This document shows, in pieces, positions 11,712 to 24,862 of a DNA stretch of 64,000 nt. The stretch is taken from NCBI GenBank assembly GCA_905178155.1, contig CAJINV010000008.1:3931420-3995419 (forward strand), written 5' to 3'. The stretch's first letter is position 1. Each line of letters begins with the position of its first letter. This stretch comes from Amoebophrya sp. A120 (lineage: Eukaryota > Protista > Dinoflagellata). The translations under genes and the position numbers were made by a program. A model generated the notes under the pieces. That model was not told where the DNA came from. It searched no databases and worked only from the letters and a program-made list of their open reading frames with translations.

Positions 11712-14386
11712 ATGCAGCAGCTTCAGGAACGCCGCCTCTCCTTCGGACGAGTTGTCACGAGGTGGATCTCCTCCGTGTGGTGTGGCTTCCTGGGCGTGTT
11801 CTTTTACTTTCACCTGCACCAACTCCCCGTTGCTAGTGCCATCGACTGCACTACGCTGAGCTCCTGTCAGCAGTGCTACAATGCGTCTTCCTGGTGCCAC
11901 TGGTGCAGCGATACTGGGTTAGAGGAAAACGCGGACCGAAAGGCGAGAATGTTGGACATGATATCGGGAAGGAAAACGGCGAGACGAGGGGACGAAATGA
12001 ACGTCGTATCAGACGAAATAGGCACTGCAGCTGCCACTCGGATTATACCTGGCCCGAAAGAACGATCCGGCCCAGGAGCAGGCGGGCAATGCAGAACGCG
12101 CGGGACCGGCTGTCTCTCTGGGGCTTCGTGCGGCGATGATCACACAAACAGCACCTGCGCAGCGTATAGATTGTTAACAACCATGAGGTGGCTCTTGACA
12201 AGAGTGATTCGACATCGTCCTTCATCGTGATTGGCCTTATTTTTTAAGTGTAGTTGTTGAAATATTGTGTGTGATTTAGTAGATTGAGACTTAGACTTAC
12301 ATCGTTTTTCTTCGTTCTACTTTGACCCTCTTCCGTTCTACAGCTACTTGTAATTAAGTAAGTAGAATGATTGACGCGACGACATCGCGACCACACAGGA
12401 GTTTATTTCTCGTCTGCAGCTATATACAACGAACATCTTCAACAGGCAACACGATTGTCAATCCTGTACGAACGTTTCCAGTCTGTGCCACTGGTGCGGT
12501 GATAGCTGCCACGTGCTCGGCAGCATGTACGGCTGCACGGTTGGCGTGTCCTGCATGGCGAACACGGAGTGCAAACGGAAACAACCGGAATACGTTATCC
12601 TGTGTAAAAACGTCCCCACCCCATAGTCAAGATGGGGAATCTGCTAGACAAATCGGCCAGCTTTGGTTGCTGTGCATGAGAAGCCTGGCCTCGTAGTGTA
12701 ATCCTCTTCAGCTTGTTCAGCAGCATCACAGACCTAGTGCGTATATGGTGACTCGAGCATCACAAATTCCGAAACGCGGCTAGTGATTGCTTCATCTCAT
12801 GGGGATCCGCATGGGAAACATTTTGAGCATGCTCATGCAGATTTGCATGACAACTATGTTGTAAGTTGTATGCGGCCCCCGGGACGTTTTTACATAGGAT
12901 ATACGTCGGGTTCGGTTCGGCGCCCGATTTCGTTTACTTCCTCACGTTCGGCATCCTCCTCCTTTTTGCCTTGATGGCGTTGTGTACGCAGTGCATCTGC
13001 TACCGGGTCTACAAATCCGTGCAGCAGGCCCGGGAAGAGATCGAGCAGTCGTACGAGTTACAAAATCACGCCAGTACGGAGGAGGAGGAAAGTCTCAACT
13101 ACGCGGAGGCCGCACGGCGCGCTGCGGAGAGAAGGCCGGCGCTGTGGGCAAGGATTGTGGACCGATTTGTCTCCGGCTGCTTCAAGAACTCATGTAGTGC
13201 GATATTATAGCACTTTTTAATTTATCAAGAACTTTTTTCGAGACAATTCATATCCTTATTCTGACTTTGTACGTAGCTCCTGCCCCCATGGGCGGCCTAC
13301 TGTCTAGGCAAAAACAAAATTTGTAACGTGCAGTTTTTGTTTTGCGAGCGGCAAGTGAACAGGAGCGCGTCCACTCTCCCGAACAAAAATACGTTCATCT
13401 CTTCAACTCCAGGTTTCTGCTGCGCCCTCCTGTTCCCCGTTCTGTTCCTGACCGGCACAGTTTTCGTTCTCCACTACCCGCAAATGCCGATCATCAACTA
13501 TTGCAGCAAGGAGCTCGAGTGGGGAAAGTTGATCGAGAATGTGGAAACGGTAATAACCGAGCAGGTGTACGCGGACTTCGAGTTTCTGCTTTCGGTCTAC
13601 AACCCGAACAAAGTGGAGGTGACGATCGAGGAGATGAAGGGCTCACTCTACTACCCGCCCACGAGCAGCTCCTCGAACAACCTGATCGGGACGGTAAATT
13701 TGAAAAACTTCACCGCCTCCGCGGGCAGCGTCTCCGACGGCCTGGCGGTGGTGTCCCTGGCGGTGGAGCGGTGGAGCGCCCTCAACCTTGCCAAAGAGTA
13801 CGCCCTGGGGAACCTGAAGATCCTGGCCAAGGGCGAGATCGTGTTCAGTTTGAAAATCTACGGCTTCCAGATGGTGCAAACCATGACGGCGGCAGTGCCC
13901 GACCAAGTAATCGACACGGCGGCGCCCTTAGACATGACGTACTGCAATTGCCGAGACGGACCGCCGCACCATCTTGTTCGCCCCCTGGTGCAGCAGCTTC
14001 CGATCAAGCAAATAACTACTGCGGTGGAGAACGATCGCATCGAAGTGACGACGTCGAAGGAAAGTGCAGCACAGAAGCCAGAGGCGGGGCAGCAGAAGAG
14101 TGACATGCAGCAGCCGAAAGAGCATGAGGACCAAAAGCTGCAAGTAGTGGACATGAAGAGGTCCGCGTCCTCACAGCGATATCACACACCGGCCGAAAGC
14201 ACAGGCAGCAGTGACAAGAACGGCGAGGAAAAAAAGGGAGGCGATCCCTCAGGAGCAACCGCAAGGCCACAGCCACCCGCAGTTGATGTTGGCTCCTCTA
14301 CAAGTACCAGTAGCGCAGCTAAAGCTATTAAAAATGGGGACAGCGACAATCACAATGCAGCTGAAGATGATGTGCACTATGCGTAA
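11712..14386 (+). CDS. Membrane protein with two PSI-like Cys repeats, TM helices and a LEA_2-like domain
   Basis: CTTLSSCQQCYNASSWCHWC and HDCQSCTNVSSLCHWCGDSC; TM FVYFLTFGILLLFALMAL; LSVYNPNKVEVTIEEMKGSLYY; GT-AG intron 12164-12445 plus introner at 12596. Confidence 0.7.
12596..12901. mobile_element. Introner (family A)
   Basis: TIR tatcctgtgtaaaaacgtccc / gggacgtttttacataggata; TSD tacgt; removal gives KQPE-YV-GFGS in frame. Confidence 0.92.
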
Positions 14387-15251
14387 GGAGAAACGCAGTC
14401 ACTACTCGTCTATGATATGGATCTCAATCACGAGTCGTACGTGTATCAAAAATAAAAAATCGAAACATGACTCCACTCGTAAATCTAATGACCACCCCCT
14501 CTGGAAAAAAGCCAACATCAAGGAACAAGTGAGCTTCGTTTGCTTCCTACACATCATGGCATTCAGGTCCGAAAAGAACAAAAACCCGATGCAATCTCAG
14601 TACAAGCAACACGCCTGGCAGCCTTCATTTTTCGAAAGCTTGTCCTATACGATTTTTTTTGCCGCTGGAAAAGGGCAACGCTATAAATTCAGAAAAAACA
14701 AGTAAAGGTAAGCCTCAAAGACTCGCCGGCTTGTCGCGGTGCTCAACAGCTGCTAAAAGTCTCAGGTTATTCACTGGTGAGACTGTTGTTCGCTGGTTTT
14801 TCAGGGAAGTGCAACTGTCAAACAATGGCGCGTCGTCTACTCCTCGTGACCTCTTATTCTCTGTAGAGGACAGACAAGCACTACACCTGGTTCCTTATTC
14901 TTCGTGTTTTCCTTCGGTGAGCAAGAACATGCTTATTTTTTTTCCTGCAGATGTATATGTAAAGATAAAGCAGTTGCAGTTTGTTCATGTTTGATGAGAA
15001 ATTGGTCCTCGGGAGGGGTCTATCCATGCATCGTCTTTTCAAACACAGATTAGGTTGTATTTCCTGCAGTAGATGAAAGCGAAAGGTAAAATCGCGAGGT
15101 CTCGGTTTCTTGCTGAAAAAACAGATGCAGATGCAAAGAGGATCAAGAACAGAACATGTACATCAACATTTTTTGATACAACCCGCTGGCTCGTCGGTCG
15201 TCTATAGAGACAGTCTAGTAACGACCACTGGTGAACTTGCAGACGATACGG

Positions 15252-16037
15252 TAGGGAAAACTGTCCCCACTACCCCGGTTTTCCCCAAAGACAGTTTTTT
15301 TCTTTCGATCCAATTGTAAGCAGGGCGGGCCCTTCGCAAGCGACCTGCGCCGCGAATGGCCAGACCGAAGCCCGCTCCCCCAGGTGTGTTGCTGGACTCA
15401 AAGACACTGCACGCCTTGCCCGGCTTTTTGGGGCGCAAGCAGCTCGGGGCCCGCGAGGCAGCGCCCTGGGCAAGGCGCCCATGCCAGACCCGCCCCCCGG
15501 CCACCTAAGGCTGAACGCAATGCCCCTTGCCGCGGACCTGTCTTCTCCGCTTGAGGCTGGCCGGCACCGTTTCCCTGAGTGCATGTTCGGACACGCTGGC
15601 GAGAAAAAAAACGTATGCTGGGGATTTCGGCCCTAAGCAGCTATCTACGCACTTTCGGCCACCAAAACGAGCACCAGAAACCTCCCGAAAAGGTACGCAT
15701 GCACGACCCCCAGGGAAACGGTGAGGCCGGAGCCTCAGAAGTTGGGCGCGGCCAGTGTGGCGGGGCCGCGTTGCAGTAGCCCACGCGCGGATGGGGCCGA
15801 AGTAGCTACACACATCCACAAAGCTTGCTGCCCCGTCAGCTCATGCGCCGACTTTTGCGCGCCGCTGTCCCGCTTGCTCCATTGCATACGTAACAGCCTC
15901 AGAAAGTATCCGTGAAGAAGATCCACTAGCGGACACTATCCGGGCGGGCTGCGCGGCCGGTGGCCGTGTTGTTGCATCAGTTCATAAAAAAATTTTTGAT
16001 TTGGGGAAAACCGGGGTAGTGGGGACAGTTTTCTCTA
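15252..16037. mobile_element. 786-bp intergenic TIR element with GC-rich interior
   Basis: 38-bp TIR tagggaaaactgtccccactaccccggttttccccaaa / tttggggaaaaccggggtagtggggacagttttctcta; TSD unclear (acgg/acgt). Confidence 0.85.
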
Positions 16038-17009
16038 ACGTAGACGAGAAGGAGAACATGATCAGACTTTATCTTTTTGGTATCTATTTCGTAAATATAC
16101 TTCTCCTTTTTTTTGGATCTCCACTTCGCTGGCCGCACTGCTGGCAAGAAGATAATTAGTGCGACTCGTTACTCCCTCCAGCGAGCAGCTGCGACGACTT
16201 TTTTGAAGGTAGAAGATTCAGATTCATTCGGTCTGGACCTGAACCAAAGAAACCTCGAACGTACGCGAACAAGGTGGACTCCCCCTGTAATGTACTAGTA
16301 TCAATCCGCTACCCATTATACGCCAAGCCCAAGAAAGCTATACTTCACGACCCTACCACGTACCTAGATTGAACAAGCTCCGTCCTTTCTTTGTCCCAAA
16401 AAGTTGCGCACGGTCTCTTTCAAAATGAGTATAAACCTTCAATAAGCTAAGTGCATGCTTCGAAACTTGTTTTCATCCAAAGTGCTGCTTTAGAACCTCG
16501 AAGTCGATTGTCGGTCCCGATTGCACTTAGTATCAAGTCTTCCTTACCTGTAGCAAAACAAGTAGCAGTATTTAAACGACTTCCTCTGCGATCGCATTTA
16601 TAAATCATGATAATTGCAGCTTTGCTGCGACACGGAGGCTCACACGATTCTGCACGTCGACGTCAAGAACAAGATACCTGCCTTTAAGTACCTCAAGTAG
16701 AGTGAGTCTAGTGCAAGCCGGGCCTAGTCGTCCACCACGACGACGTACTATGAGATTTTTCATCCAGAAGTCTCAAGTGCCAGACAGCTAGTGTGGAGGT
16801 GCCAGAGCCAAACGCGCCGCCAAAGCCAAGCACAATAAAGTGGAGTTGATGTCGGTGGAGGTGGGTTGACGATAATGATTCTCGCACAAACCAGCACTGG
16901 TTGCTGATGCGTTAGAAATACCGTCTAAAAAAGCCCTGGAGCCGCGGTGCCGTCCTACGCCTACGAGGGACCAGCTTTTAAGCCAGGATCAACGTAGGAG
17001 AAAATCAAA

Positions 17010-20000
17010 ATGGAGGTTCTGCTCCACCACGTGTCTTACGCGGATGTTTACTTCCACCTCGAAAACGGGGAGACCAAGCAGACGCTGCGGCTGCGCGCCC
17101 ACCGAGAGCGGCTGGAGCGGGTTTGCAAAAAGGTGTGTGCCTTTCTGGACCAGGATTTGGTCAACGAGAACGAGGGGGACGACATCCGGGCGAAGAACTG
17201 CACGACCAAACTATGGCGCGGGGACACGGGGGAGCAGGACAAGCAGCGGTCGCCAAAATCCATGGCCAGTCCACGCCCGGGGTTCGCGCAACATCGTGAC
17301 TCGAAGAACAACGCGAGCAAAGACTCCAATCGAGTTTCCCCGACCAGCGAGCAAGGAGGAACATTAGCGGTCGTCGGCCTCGGCGGGGGTGGCGTAGACA
17401 ATAACAACAGGCAGTTTTCGGCCGACAGCAGCGCAGACAGTAGCGCAGACGAACAGGAAGTTTTCCAGGATGTAGCACCTGAAGATGCTGCGGACCACGT
17501 CGAACAACAGAATGATCCCACGAGGCCGCCGTCCAGCTACCCCTCGGAACGGGAGAGCAGCACCCGGGAATTGGGCGCTTCTTTGGTGAGACCCTCGCTA
17601 GAGGATGTTGCGGGATGGAGCAGGAGCACTGGGAACAAGATGAACAATTCCAACCCGCCGGACGGGAGTGGCTCTACTTTGGGGTCCTTTCAGCTGGCCA
17701 GCCTACCGACCAGCCCGCTAGACGAGCAGGTACACTCCGGTGCGCCGGCGTCCTTCGTGCAGCGCTCTAGCAGTACCAGCACGCAAGTGCAGGTTGGGCA
17801 GGCGAATCCCGACAATACCAGCGATATCTGCATCGGGTTCGACCTGCAAGGTATGGACCAACCATTTTACAATCATGCCTCGACGCAGGACAGTATGACC
17901 ATAAATTTAGATGGTGGAAATACTACGAATTCTAATGGCGCAGTTCTTACGTCGGCGTTGAGCGGTGCGGGTGTCACTTCTTCTCTCCCGCAACTGAGTA
18001 AAAACTCCGCATCATCTCCAACGCCCGCACCTGCTTGCGCTGCAACCAACATGCCAATGGCCGCCACAGCTTCTTCAACCACCACAAAAACTACCATTTC
18101 GCTGCAGCTTCTCGCTGAGGCCTTTTTTGACGGTGACGCGGAGCACGCGAAAAAGTTCAAGCTGAATGCCATTGTGTTCCCCGTTTTCGCCTTGGCCGTC
18201 GAATCCTGGCTGGAGTCCATCCTGGTTCGGCGGGGCGGGTGCGACTTTCTGAAGATCTACTTCCTTTCCGGCTCGCACCAACGAACAAAAAGGAGCGAAA
18301 CCTTCACCACCGAGTCCGCGGCCCGGTGCCTGGTGCGGTTTGCGGAGCGCGTGCTGAAGACCCGGTTTTTCGCTGCGGCAACTCATTCGAACGCCAGCAG
18401 TGTCAGGAACTCCGCCCATTCAACAACGACAGAAAATACCAAGGTAGTGCCTCCGAAGTGGCTCCGGGATTCCACCAGCAGTCGTTTGGACGCGTTAAAC
18501 ATCTGTCTGCGCTGTATCAGAATGAAAAATCCCCCCTCCCCATATCAAAACGAAGTTTCTGATGCTGGATTTTCGTACACAAATCAGATTCGTCTTGCTG
18601 GCGAGGACTGCAGGCCCATACTAAGCCTGAGCAGACAGATTTTAGCCAAGGCGCTTTGCATGACAGACGTCTACGCTGTAGGTGCAACAGCATGACAAAC
18701 TGCCTGTAGAGTGCGGCGGAGCTTGTGGAGTTGCTTTCATGCAACACAGAGATGATTTGTGGTCACAAATCAGCAGCGCAAATTTTCGAAGGCGTGCCTT
18801 GTCGATATGGGGAGGGGGGATTTTTCCTTTTCATACGCTGCATTCACAGCGGCCCCGGGGTGTTTCTGTACGACGAGAATGTGCGGTTTATGAACAACGA
18901 GTGTCTACCCTATTTGGATTCGGATCGCCAGCAGTGCGTTCAGTACTTTCAGAAGCACTTCCCGCACAGGGACTGGGCACAGGTATAAAGGCCACGAATT
19001 TGATGGTCTTATCGAGTGTATTAACGTTGTAGCCATGTTTTTCGGAAGATTCACACCTTTTATTGATTTATATAATGACGAGACGAGCTCATTAACGATG
19101 TATGACCACCTGTGCTGGTCCTCGACTGGTGCCAAAGCCAAAAGTGACTCAATTACAACTCAGGAATTCGCTGTCTCCTTCATTCTCGCCGAGGGTGCGC
19201 CCGCCCGCGTTTCGGCGATCACGCAGTCCCTGCACCAGTTTCGGCCCAATTACGTGCATATCCTGCGCCCCAAATCCTACCGCGACGAGCCCTTCCTCCG
19301 CGCCGACGGGGTCCAAGCATTACCCTTTGACAAAGCCTCGGTCGCCCCTGCCATCCCCATCAATGGCCACTTTGTCAGTAGTTTGAATTTGTTTTTCCAG
19401 CAAGGAGCTGGAACATCAGGCAACATGGTGATGAGCCCAGGAGGCGGAATGCACAACCGGAGCCTGCTGCAGCAGCGGGAGCGCACCTACACGGGCGTGG
19501 CCGAGCTGGACAACCGCATCAGGCTCGTTTTGAAGGAGATGCTGGCCCACAAGAAGGCGGTGGAGCAGCTAGGATCCTCCAGGGACGCGGAGCTAGCCGG
19601 GTTTTGGCTTCGGAAGACGCGGAAGCCGGTTTTGTGCGTGTTGATGGTGGAGAAGGAGGAGGAGGTGCAAGTGGTCAACAGTTCCCAGCAGAAACTCGCG
19701 AAGGTCCGCAAGTTTTACCGCGGCCTGAACCTCGAGGTCAGCATGCCGACCGGGTCGCTGTGTGCGGAGCGGAATTGCATCGGCCAGGCCGTCGCCGCGG
19801 ATCCGACCTTGCGGCGGGAGCACATAAAACTCGTCGCGGTCCTCTCGCTGCCGCAAATTGGCAGTGGGGCGTCCTCGAGCAGTGCGGCGAATGTGAACAA
19901 GATGAGCAATCCTCATTTTGCAGGAGCTGCGACTACATCGATACTGAGTGACGCGCTTTTGTCGCCCACTTTTCAACCGATGAACAGCGGTGGAGTAAGT

Positions 20001-21620
20001 GGGGCGATGAATGGATATGGTATTCCTGGAATGCAAGCCTTGTCCTCGGACACCACTGGGAACGCCGCGGCCAGTCGTGTGGTGGGTAGCTACAACAACC
20101 ACGACAGTGAACTAGCAAAATTAGCGCCGGAAACGCCACCGCACCCACCTGCTCGCACACAGCACTCGTCACGAACGGCGACGCTGCTGAGTTCGGAAAA
20201 CGAGACTGATGTGCAGTTGCGAGGACTGGACACAACTTCTGCAGAAGAGGAGCAGGACGAGCAGGGGGAAGCAAAAGTAAAAATAGCACCACTTGCTGCA
20301 CCAACAAACGACACGGCGACTGCAACGGCTGGCACAAGAACAATAGAAAACACCCAACTGCTCGAGCAGGCGAAGGGTCTTATCGAGAAGCAGAACGAAA
20401 CATCGTCGAGGCTAGTAACCATGAAGCCACCTCCCGGTGGAGATCATGGAGGGCCACCGTCTTATGCTGCTCCGGTGAAACTTGCTGAAACTTCTACCCC
20501 AGCTGGTGGTGCACATCTTCAGGAGCAAACAGCAACAACACTCCAAATGTCCACGTCCATATTGTCGACTTCCTCAACGACCTCAAACAATAAAAGCCCT
20601 CAACTACGAGGACTAGATCAGAACGATTCCTCGCAGACGCAGTCGCCACGACAGATGGAACAAGCACAACAGCACCATGTAGTACAACTTCCGCAGCAAC
20701 ACCTCGTCCCCTCGCACCTTGTGCTCCATCCCGAACTAGAAGATCTTGGTCGGGTAGGAGATGTTGGAGTAGGCACTTTTGGTGGCTCAAGTGGCCAAAA
20801 CAACAGGGCCGCGGAGGATCTCGGCTCGGTGCCGGTCGAAGACCTCGACTCGCCGATGTCAAACAGCTACTCCACCTCGGTGAACCTGAATGGAGGCGGT
20901 TTTAGTATTCATCCAGAAGATAACCACTACAACACGACGCCGCATCAACTACCACTACAGGAACAGGGGGTTTTGTCGCCGGTATCTGCCGCAGCCACAG
21001 GAGCTTCGGCAAATTTCATGATGATGAATACCACGGTACTAAATAAAATTGGTGCCACGAGTACAACGCCATTGAGTGGCGGGCCACCGACGTCATCAAT
21101 AAATCAACCGACAAGCACAACAAGTCGGTACCGTATGAGCAGCGCTAACATGATGTCGCCATCGCAGCTGCAGTCCAGTACCTTTCTTCTCGACGACGTT
21201 GACGAGACGAAGCAAACCAGTGCTGGTGCAACCACGAGCACCTTCACGCCAGGTCCGCGCTCCTCGGCGGGGCAGGCCAGCCTGCAGGACTCCGCAGTAG
21301 AACAAATGGCGCCGTCTGCTGGTGGCGTCACCTCCTCGTCATCCAAGCTCGTGCCCGCTCGCAGCTCCTTTGCCTCCACCTCCACAACGAGTCGCGGTGG
21401 GTATAATTCCGCCGCGTCTCCATCGCTCTGGGGAAGTGGGGCAAACCAACCCTGCAACCACCGCAAAATGTCCGGCGACCTCAACCCCATAAACCCGTGT
21501 GGTGCCTGCATGGAGTGGCTCCGGAAAATCTCGGAGAAAGAGCCCAGTTTTCGCGTGATTACCTTTGACAGCTACGAATGCGAAGCCATCTACGTGAAAC
21601 GGATCGATCAGCTTTCGTAG
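17010..21620 (+). CDS. Cytidine/CMP deaminase-like Zn-binding protein with long low-complexity insertions
   Basis: GLNLEVSMPTGSLCAERNCIG at ~19720-19780 and NPCGACMEWLRKI at ~21490; exons joined via introner 18515 and GT-AG intron ~18983-19163. Confidence 0.8.
18515..18835. mobile_element. Introner (family B)
   Basis: TIR ...gaaaaatcccccctccccatatc / gatatggggaggggggatttttccttttcata; TSD cgctg; removal gives CL-RC-IHSGPG. Confidence 0.92.
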
Positions 21621-22916
21621 AAGACAAGAGCTCGAAGACGAGCAGGAATGGCGCCCTGCCTCGTTCTACTGCTCTTGTCGACGAGGTACTACGGTCCTAG
21701 AAAGCGTAAGAGATCAAAAAAACGCCAAGACCGGAAACGACAACAAGCAGCCTCTAGATATCACTCAGCTCACTGTTCATAGTAAAATTTAACACTTGTT
21801 TCTGATTTTTTGATTTTTTGAGTTGGAAAATGAATTGATATACTATTTCAATGTACAACGACGGCGCAGCCGCATCTTCACATGGCGATGTCATAAATCA
21901 GTTTTTTAAGCATCAGGTCACGACACAAGAACGAGGAATCCTGCCGTGGTTGGAAAAAAAAGGTACCAGAAGACCATACAGTTGACTCCTTGTTCTCAGA
22001 AGTGTGATCCGTTTTATTGCTCCTTTTGGTTTTGCTGTAAATGTAAAATTGTTTGGATGTGGTGTTCTGGTCGTAAGTGGCTTTCTGTTGCGAGGTAACT
22101 CCCTACATCATGCGTTAGTTGAGATTCCCTACATCAAGCTGTCCTTACTCTTTACGTTTACCATGTGCGTGTTGTTAGGTTGCCATCCGGCTACAACAAA
22201 GTCGTCCTCTTCCCTCGGTCAGTTTTTTCTTTTTTTTGTTTTCCATCAGCGTATATATCGTTTTGCGCACATATCGCCAACAATGTGGGAGCTATAATTC
22301 ATTCGCTCACTCCCCCACCCATTCTTTGATGTGTATCCGGTGGCTTTCAGTTTCAGTCGTTGTCTTCTTCGTGGGAGCTATAATTCAATATCGATGGAAA
22401 AAAGTAGGCGCTTTTAAATCAATGCGAAACGACTATTACGACGCGAACGGCCGCAACCTGCAACGGGTTAAAGAGTCAGGAGCGTTTAGATTTAAACTCA
22501 TGCTGAAAATAATTGCGACCTGCAGCAGGAGTCAGTCTTTTTAAAATATAGATAGATCATTTTGTTGTTGTTTATTATAGTTTTCAGCTTTAGTGCAATT
22601 CTATAGTCTACCAACTGAGAAACCAACCGTCTGGGCCGGAGCCCCTGTCTCTAAAGAAACAAAGACTCTCACTCGCAGCTTGCTCGTAAGATTTAATTTT
22701 CATAAGAAGAAACGACTACACTAGAAAAAATATCAGCTACGGTCGAAACTTGAAATAGCGCATGACAAACTCACTCGGATCAAAGTTAAAGGGTGAGAGC
22801 GTACCCTTCCTCCGCCGTAGTGTCCAGGATCAGCGTGAGGAACGACATCATGACGAACGTCGCGGCGCAAACACCGTGCTTGCTGACCAACGAAAAGATC
22901 GTCTTCAGGGAGAACG

Positions 22917-23079
22917 TATCCTGTGCAAAAGTATCGCACTCGTAGTAATCCTCGCAATTATGCATTACAGATTTTCTTCTTAACCTAAAGCCGCATTACA
23001 AATTCTATTTTTCATGCTGAGCAGGAAATTTGTCATGCGATTTCCACTAAGTAGTTGTGCGATGCTTCTGCATTTCATA
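22917..23079. mobile_element. Introner-type element (family C), host gene unclear
   Basis: Starts tatcctgtgcaaaagtatcg like 51342 and 58816; ends cgatgcttctgcatttcata; near-TSD gaacg/gaagg. Confidence 0.8.
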
Positions 23080-23180
23080 GAAGGCATCCAGTTGGATGCT
23101 CGTCTTCGCGGCCTGATAGGCGATTCGTTTTGCGCATATCAGTCAGTTGTCAGTCGGTGCGTCTATGCATATTTCTATCA

Positions 23181-23213
23181 GACCAAGGAGGACAGCTTGA
23201 TGTAGTGACTCTT
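23181..23213 (+). repeat. 33-bp dispersed motif, copy 1
   Basis: gaccaaggaggacagcttgatgtagtgactctt. Confidence 0.95.
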
Positions 23214-23481
23214 CGGTTGCAGAGGTGCCGGATATTTCCATTCTCGATGGCGTCGTCCATCCTCTGTCGCAGCACTGGTTCAAAGTCTTGAATGACGATT
23301 TCACTGCAGACGAGGTTGCCGCCGCTGTTCGCAACAGGAAGAATAGCGGCCAAACTGACGACTTTGATCAACTGATGCATTTGTACAAGGCGCTGGAGAT
23401 GATCAACTGATGCATTTTTTTTTTTTTTGACTTTGATCAACTGCTGCCCCAGGTGCAGTTGTAGAGAGTGGACTCCATCTT

Positions 23482-24108
23482 GTGCTCCAGCATGAAGCTG
23501 TTTGTCCTGGCCGGTCCCGTGCGAGTAACTCGTTTCTTTGTGGTGGGCTCGAGGACGGAGATGCGATTCGATCGGAGATCTACGGCCAAGTTGCTGCCTT
23601 GAAGGCCATTCCCGATCGCCCAGTCACGCGCGACTTCTCTGAAGCAGTGCGAAGCGCGAAGCCTAAGCCGAAGCTCTGTGCTGACGCGAAGGGGCGGCAG
23701 GAGAAGACCAGAGGACCAGATGATCTGAACCTCGCCGCAGTTAAGGGGGTCACCTGGTGGAAAACCGGGTCGGGGGCTACAAGCAAGTTTGGTGGCTGTT
23801 TTCGTGTTCAGGTCATTGTGCGAAACAGCGCAGGAGATAAAGTCCCTGTTTCTCGCACGGTCTTTGTTGAGGAGCACAGCGACGACATCGACCAAGCTTT
23901 TGCCGCTGCAGTTGCTCTCCGCGCCCGTATCAAAGCGGACCCCCGGACCTACCTTGCCAACCGCATTCAGAGGACCGCGAAGAAGAAAGATGCTGCTGGC
24001 GGCGCATCCGCACTACCGGTTATCAAAAGTTCGATCAAGTCCAACCGTGCTGGACCTAGTGCGCGACCGGGTTCTGTGTTTGCTGTGCGGAGGTTTTGGA
24101 AGCCGTGA
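23482..24108 (+). pseudogene. ORF/fragment with an AP2-like (ApiAP2-type) DNA-binding domain
   Basis: VKGVTWWK...GCFRVQV...GDKVPVSRTVFVEEHSDDIDQAFAAAVALRARI resembles the AP2 beta-sheet plus helix pattern; no ATG start, upstream frame disrupted. Confidence 0.5.
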
Positions 24109-24829
24109 TATTCTCTGCGCGGACACGGTTGTCAGAGCCGGCGGTTATTGGGATACAGGGGTCTGAGCATCGACCACGTGGGGCGGGACAAAAAAAATGG
24201 AGTTCTGTGGATGTAGATACTTTTCTCCTCCACCAATGTGCGAATGCTCCTGCGGCTATGATGCATTTTGAGTCTCGCCTTTTGTCCTGCTGTGTATCGT
24301 CTATGTGAGGATCTAAAATTCAACAAATTGACTCTACAACTTTCAGGCTATCTTGTCCAGGAGGCTACCAGGAGCTGTTGCTCCATTTTTCTGGATCTTT
24401 GTTAGACCGTACGTAACGCCTGGCTCGCATGCTATGATGGATTTTTTAACTTGAAGAGGGTATGAAATTTGTCTCAGAACTGCCATTTTTCTGCTACTTT
24501 AACAGCTCGCCTTGTCCCCACCTAAACGTAGATTCTTGATTTGAATTATTTTACTTGCTAGTCGAAGTGCTTTTAAGTTTAACTTACTTTGTTTACAGTT
24601 GCTTCATGAGATCTTTTTTCCTAGGTTTACTACAGGTACTTTGGTTCTTAGCGCGTATAGTTATTGTTATGCCTGCTCTACAGTTTAGTTCTAACCGGTA
24701 GGTTTTTTTTTTGCTATTTATTAAGCTTTTTCCCTTCTTTTCCATTGCCATTGCTATCTCGCCACTGCCATTGCTGACTTCGCGGCCATACCTTCGCAGG
24801 TGGTTCGCAGGTGGTTCGCACATGCATTC

Positions 24830-24862
24830 GACCAAGGAGGACAGCTTGATGTAGTGACTCTT
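24830..24862 (+). repeat. 33-bp dispersed motif, copy 2
   Basis: Identical to copy 1; continues ggcaca. Confidence 0.95.

Noticed and set aside
23181-23213. Motif as dinoflagellate spliced leader or U2/U6 snRNA
   Set aside because: It does not match DCCGTAGCCATTTTGGCTCAAG; only short chance-level resemblance to U2 (TGTAGT) or U6 (CAAGGA.GACA), with no flanking snRNA sequence.
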